Translations under genes and position numbers: made by a program | Source: Kangiella sp. HD9-110m-PIT-SAG07 | Lineage (GTDB): Bacteria; Pseudomonadota; Gammaproteobacteria; Enterobacterales; Kangiellaceae | Assembly (NCBI GenBank): GCA_003370465.1 | Contig: QQTG01000031.1 | Location: 52,551-116,550 of the forward strand | Direction: 5' to 3' | DNA length: 64,000 nucleotides | Part shown: positions 62,673 through 64,000 of the stretch, in pieces | Numbering within the stretch: position 1 is the first letter of the stretch | How the letters are laid out: every line of letters starts with the position of its first letter | The notes under the pieces: model-generated | What the model was told of the DNA's origin: nothing | The model's input: only the letters and a program-made list of their open reading frames with translations | The model's database searches: none

Positions 62673-62961
62673 GTTATTTCTCCAAAGCTACTTGCTTTAA
62701 ATTAATGTGTGCGCCGTAAACCCCCTTTGGGCTACTAACGCGGGTGTTACTGAGATAAAAACGGCATTAACTTAGATAACAAATAGCGGTGGTACGACTG
62801 TAAGTGTTTCAAAGCATAGGCTTTATTAGCACTAGGGTGTAGCATCGAACATATGTATCTTTCGTGTAAGCTGTTGTTTTAACCAGCGAGAGTAGAATAC
62901 TATATACTGACGGAAAGTAAAGTATTATTTTGTTAATTCATCTAACTATCATTATTTTAAT

Positions 62962-63612
62962 ATGCCTGTAAAACTCTTTTATTTTCATGATCCTATGTGT
63001 AGTTGGTGCTGGGGATTTGCTCCTACCTGGCAACGTCTACAAGATCGGATTAATAGCGAACTGAACCATAAACTCAAAATTGAATATATTTTGGGTGGTT
63101 TAGCGCCGGACTCCGATGAGCCAATGCCACTAGAATTACAACAAACTTTGCAGAGCTATTGGCGACGAATTGAACAGATGCTGGGAACTGAGTTTAATCA
63201 TGACTTCTGGGCTAAGTGCCAGCCTAGACGCTCAACCTACCCTGCATGCCGCGCCGTTATTGCCGCTGGCAAACAGGGTAAAGAAAAGGCCATGATACGT
63301 GCCATTCAAGAGGCTTACTATTTGAAAGCTAAAAACCCTTCAGACTATTCGACTCACGTAGATCTGGCCCAAAACATTAATCTTAATGAAAAAGCTTTCG
63401 CTCAAGACATTCACTCAGATAAAACCAACGAAGAGTTACATCGACAGATTCAACTCCATCGCTCCCTACCCTCAAACGGTTTTCCATCCTTGGTTATTGA
63501 GTACGAAAAAGGACACATTCCTATCCCAGTAGACTATAAGCATGTTGAGCCAATGTTTGATAGGATAAAGTCTGCCTTAAACAATTCGAATACTGGGGAA
63601 AGTCATGGCTAA
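62962..63612 (+). CDS. DsbA family (thioredoxin-fold) protein
   Basis: DPMCSWCWGF, STYPACRA, GFPSL. Confidence 0.9.
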   Translation: MPVKLFYFHDPMCSWCWGFAPTWQRLQDRINSELNHKLKIEYILGGLAPDSDEPMPLELQQTLQSYWRRIEQMLGTEFNHDFWAKCQPRRSTYPACRAVIAAGKQGKEKAMIRAIQEAYYLKAKNPSDYSTHVDLAQNINLNEKAFAQDIHSDKTNEELHRQIQLHRSLPSNGFPSLVIEYEKGHIPIPVDYKHVEPMFDRIKSALNNSNTGESHG

Positions 63613-64000
63613 ATCAGAGAATAAAACCAAACCCACTGGCAAGTCTGTAACAGAGTTTCTAAATCGAGTTGAGCATGAACAAAAGAAAGCTGACAGCTTC
63701 GCTATCCTTGAGATGATGAAAACCCAAACCGGGTTGAAGCCTACGATGTGGGGAGACAGCATGATTGGTTTTGGCGAATATCATTATAAATACGCCAGCG
63801 GTCGTGAGGGAGATACTTTCTTAGTGGGATTCTCACCGAGAAAACAAAATCTCACTTTATATGTCATGGCAGGAATTAATCAGCATCCGGAGCTATTCGA
63901 GCAACTAGGGAAACATAAAACAAGTAAAGCTTGCTTGTATATTAATAAGCTAGCGGATGTGGATACTGAGGTACTGCAAGAAATTATTAAGAGGTCAGCC
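63605..64000 (+). CDS. DUF1801 domain protein, truncated by the right edge
   Basis: MAKSENKTKPT...MWGDSMIGFGEYHYKYASGREGD...FSPRK...LGKHKTSKACLYI; not in the ORF track. Confidence 0.85.
   Translation, partial: MAKSENKTKPTGKSVTEFLNRVEHEQKKADSFAILEMMKTQTGLKPTMWGDSMIGFGEYHYKYASGREGDTFLVGFSPRKQNLTLYVMAGINQHPELFEQLGKHKTSKACLYINKLADVDTEVLQEIIKRSA

Overview
Chromosomal window from a moderately AT-rich marine-type gammaproteobacterium. Gene content and order look Kangiella/Alteromonadales-like; this is inference, no database was consulted. Most of it is housekeeping: ppsA/ppsR, astE, rmuC, the tRNA-Arg/tRNA-Ser-csrA-alaS-recX-recA...pncC-mutS-fdxA block, megL, cmoA-cmoB-rluA-tRNA-Arg(CCG), an attenuated pheA-DAHP synthase operon, serS-crcB-rarA-lolA-ftsK-lrp/ald and a cold-shock gene. 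Small accessory blocks are adh-ohr-flavodoxin, marC-alkB-[glutaredoxin-MauE]/merR-orphan, an AT-rich VIT/TPR protein and arsR-gapdh-arsJ. I found no transposase, integrase, prophage, rRNA or CRISPR array. Best leads: (1) a stand-alone AroQ chorismate mutase head-to-head with cmoAB, whose CmoA consumes prephenate; (2) an unannotated three-hairpin sRNA candidate with C-rich/anti-Shine-Dalgarno loops at about 43425-43526; (3) a FadR-like operator overlapping predicted promoters of four unlinked genes, including alkB and the alcohol dehydrogenase; (4) a mer-type operator driving a glutaredoxin-MauE fusion under a MerR that lacks the first Hg-binding Cys; (5) a mixed Tyr/Phe attenuator; (6) nested miniature palindromic elements and tRNA-fragment repeats.
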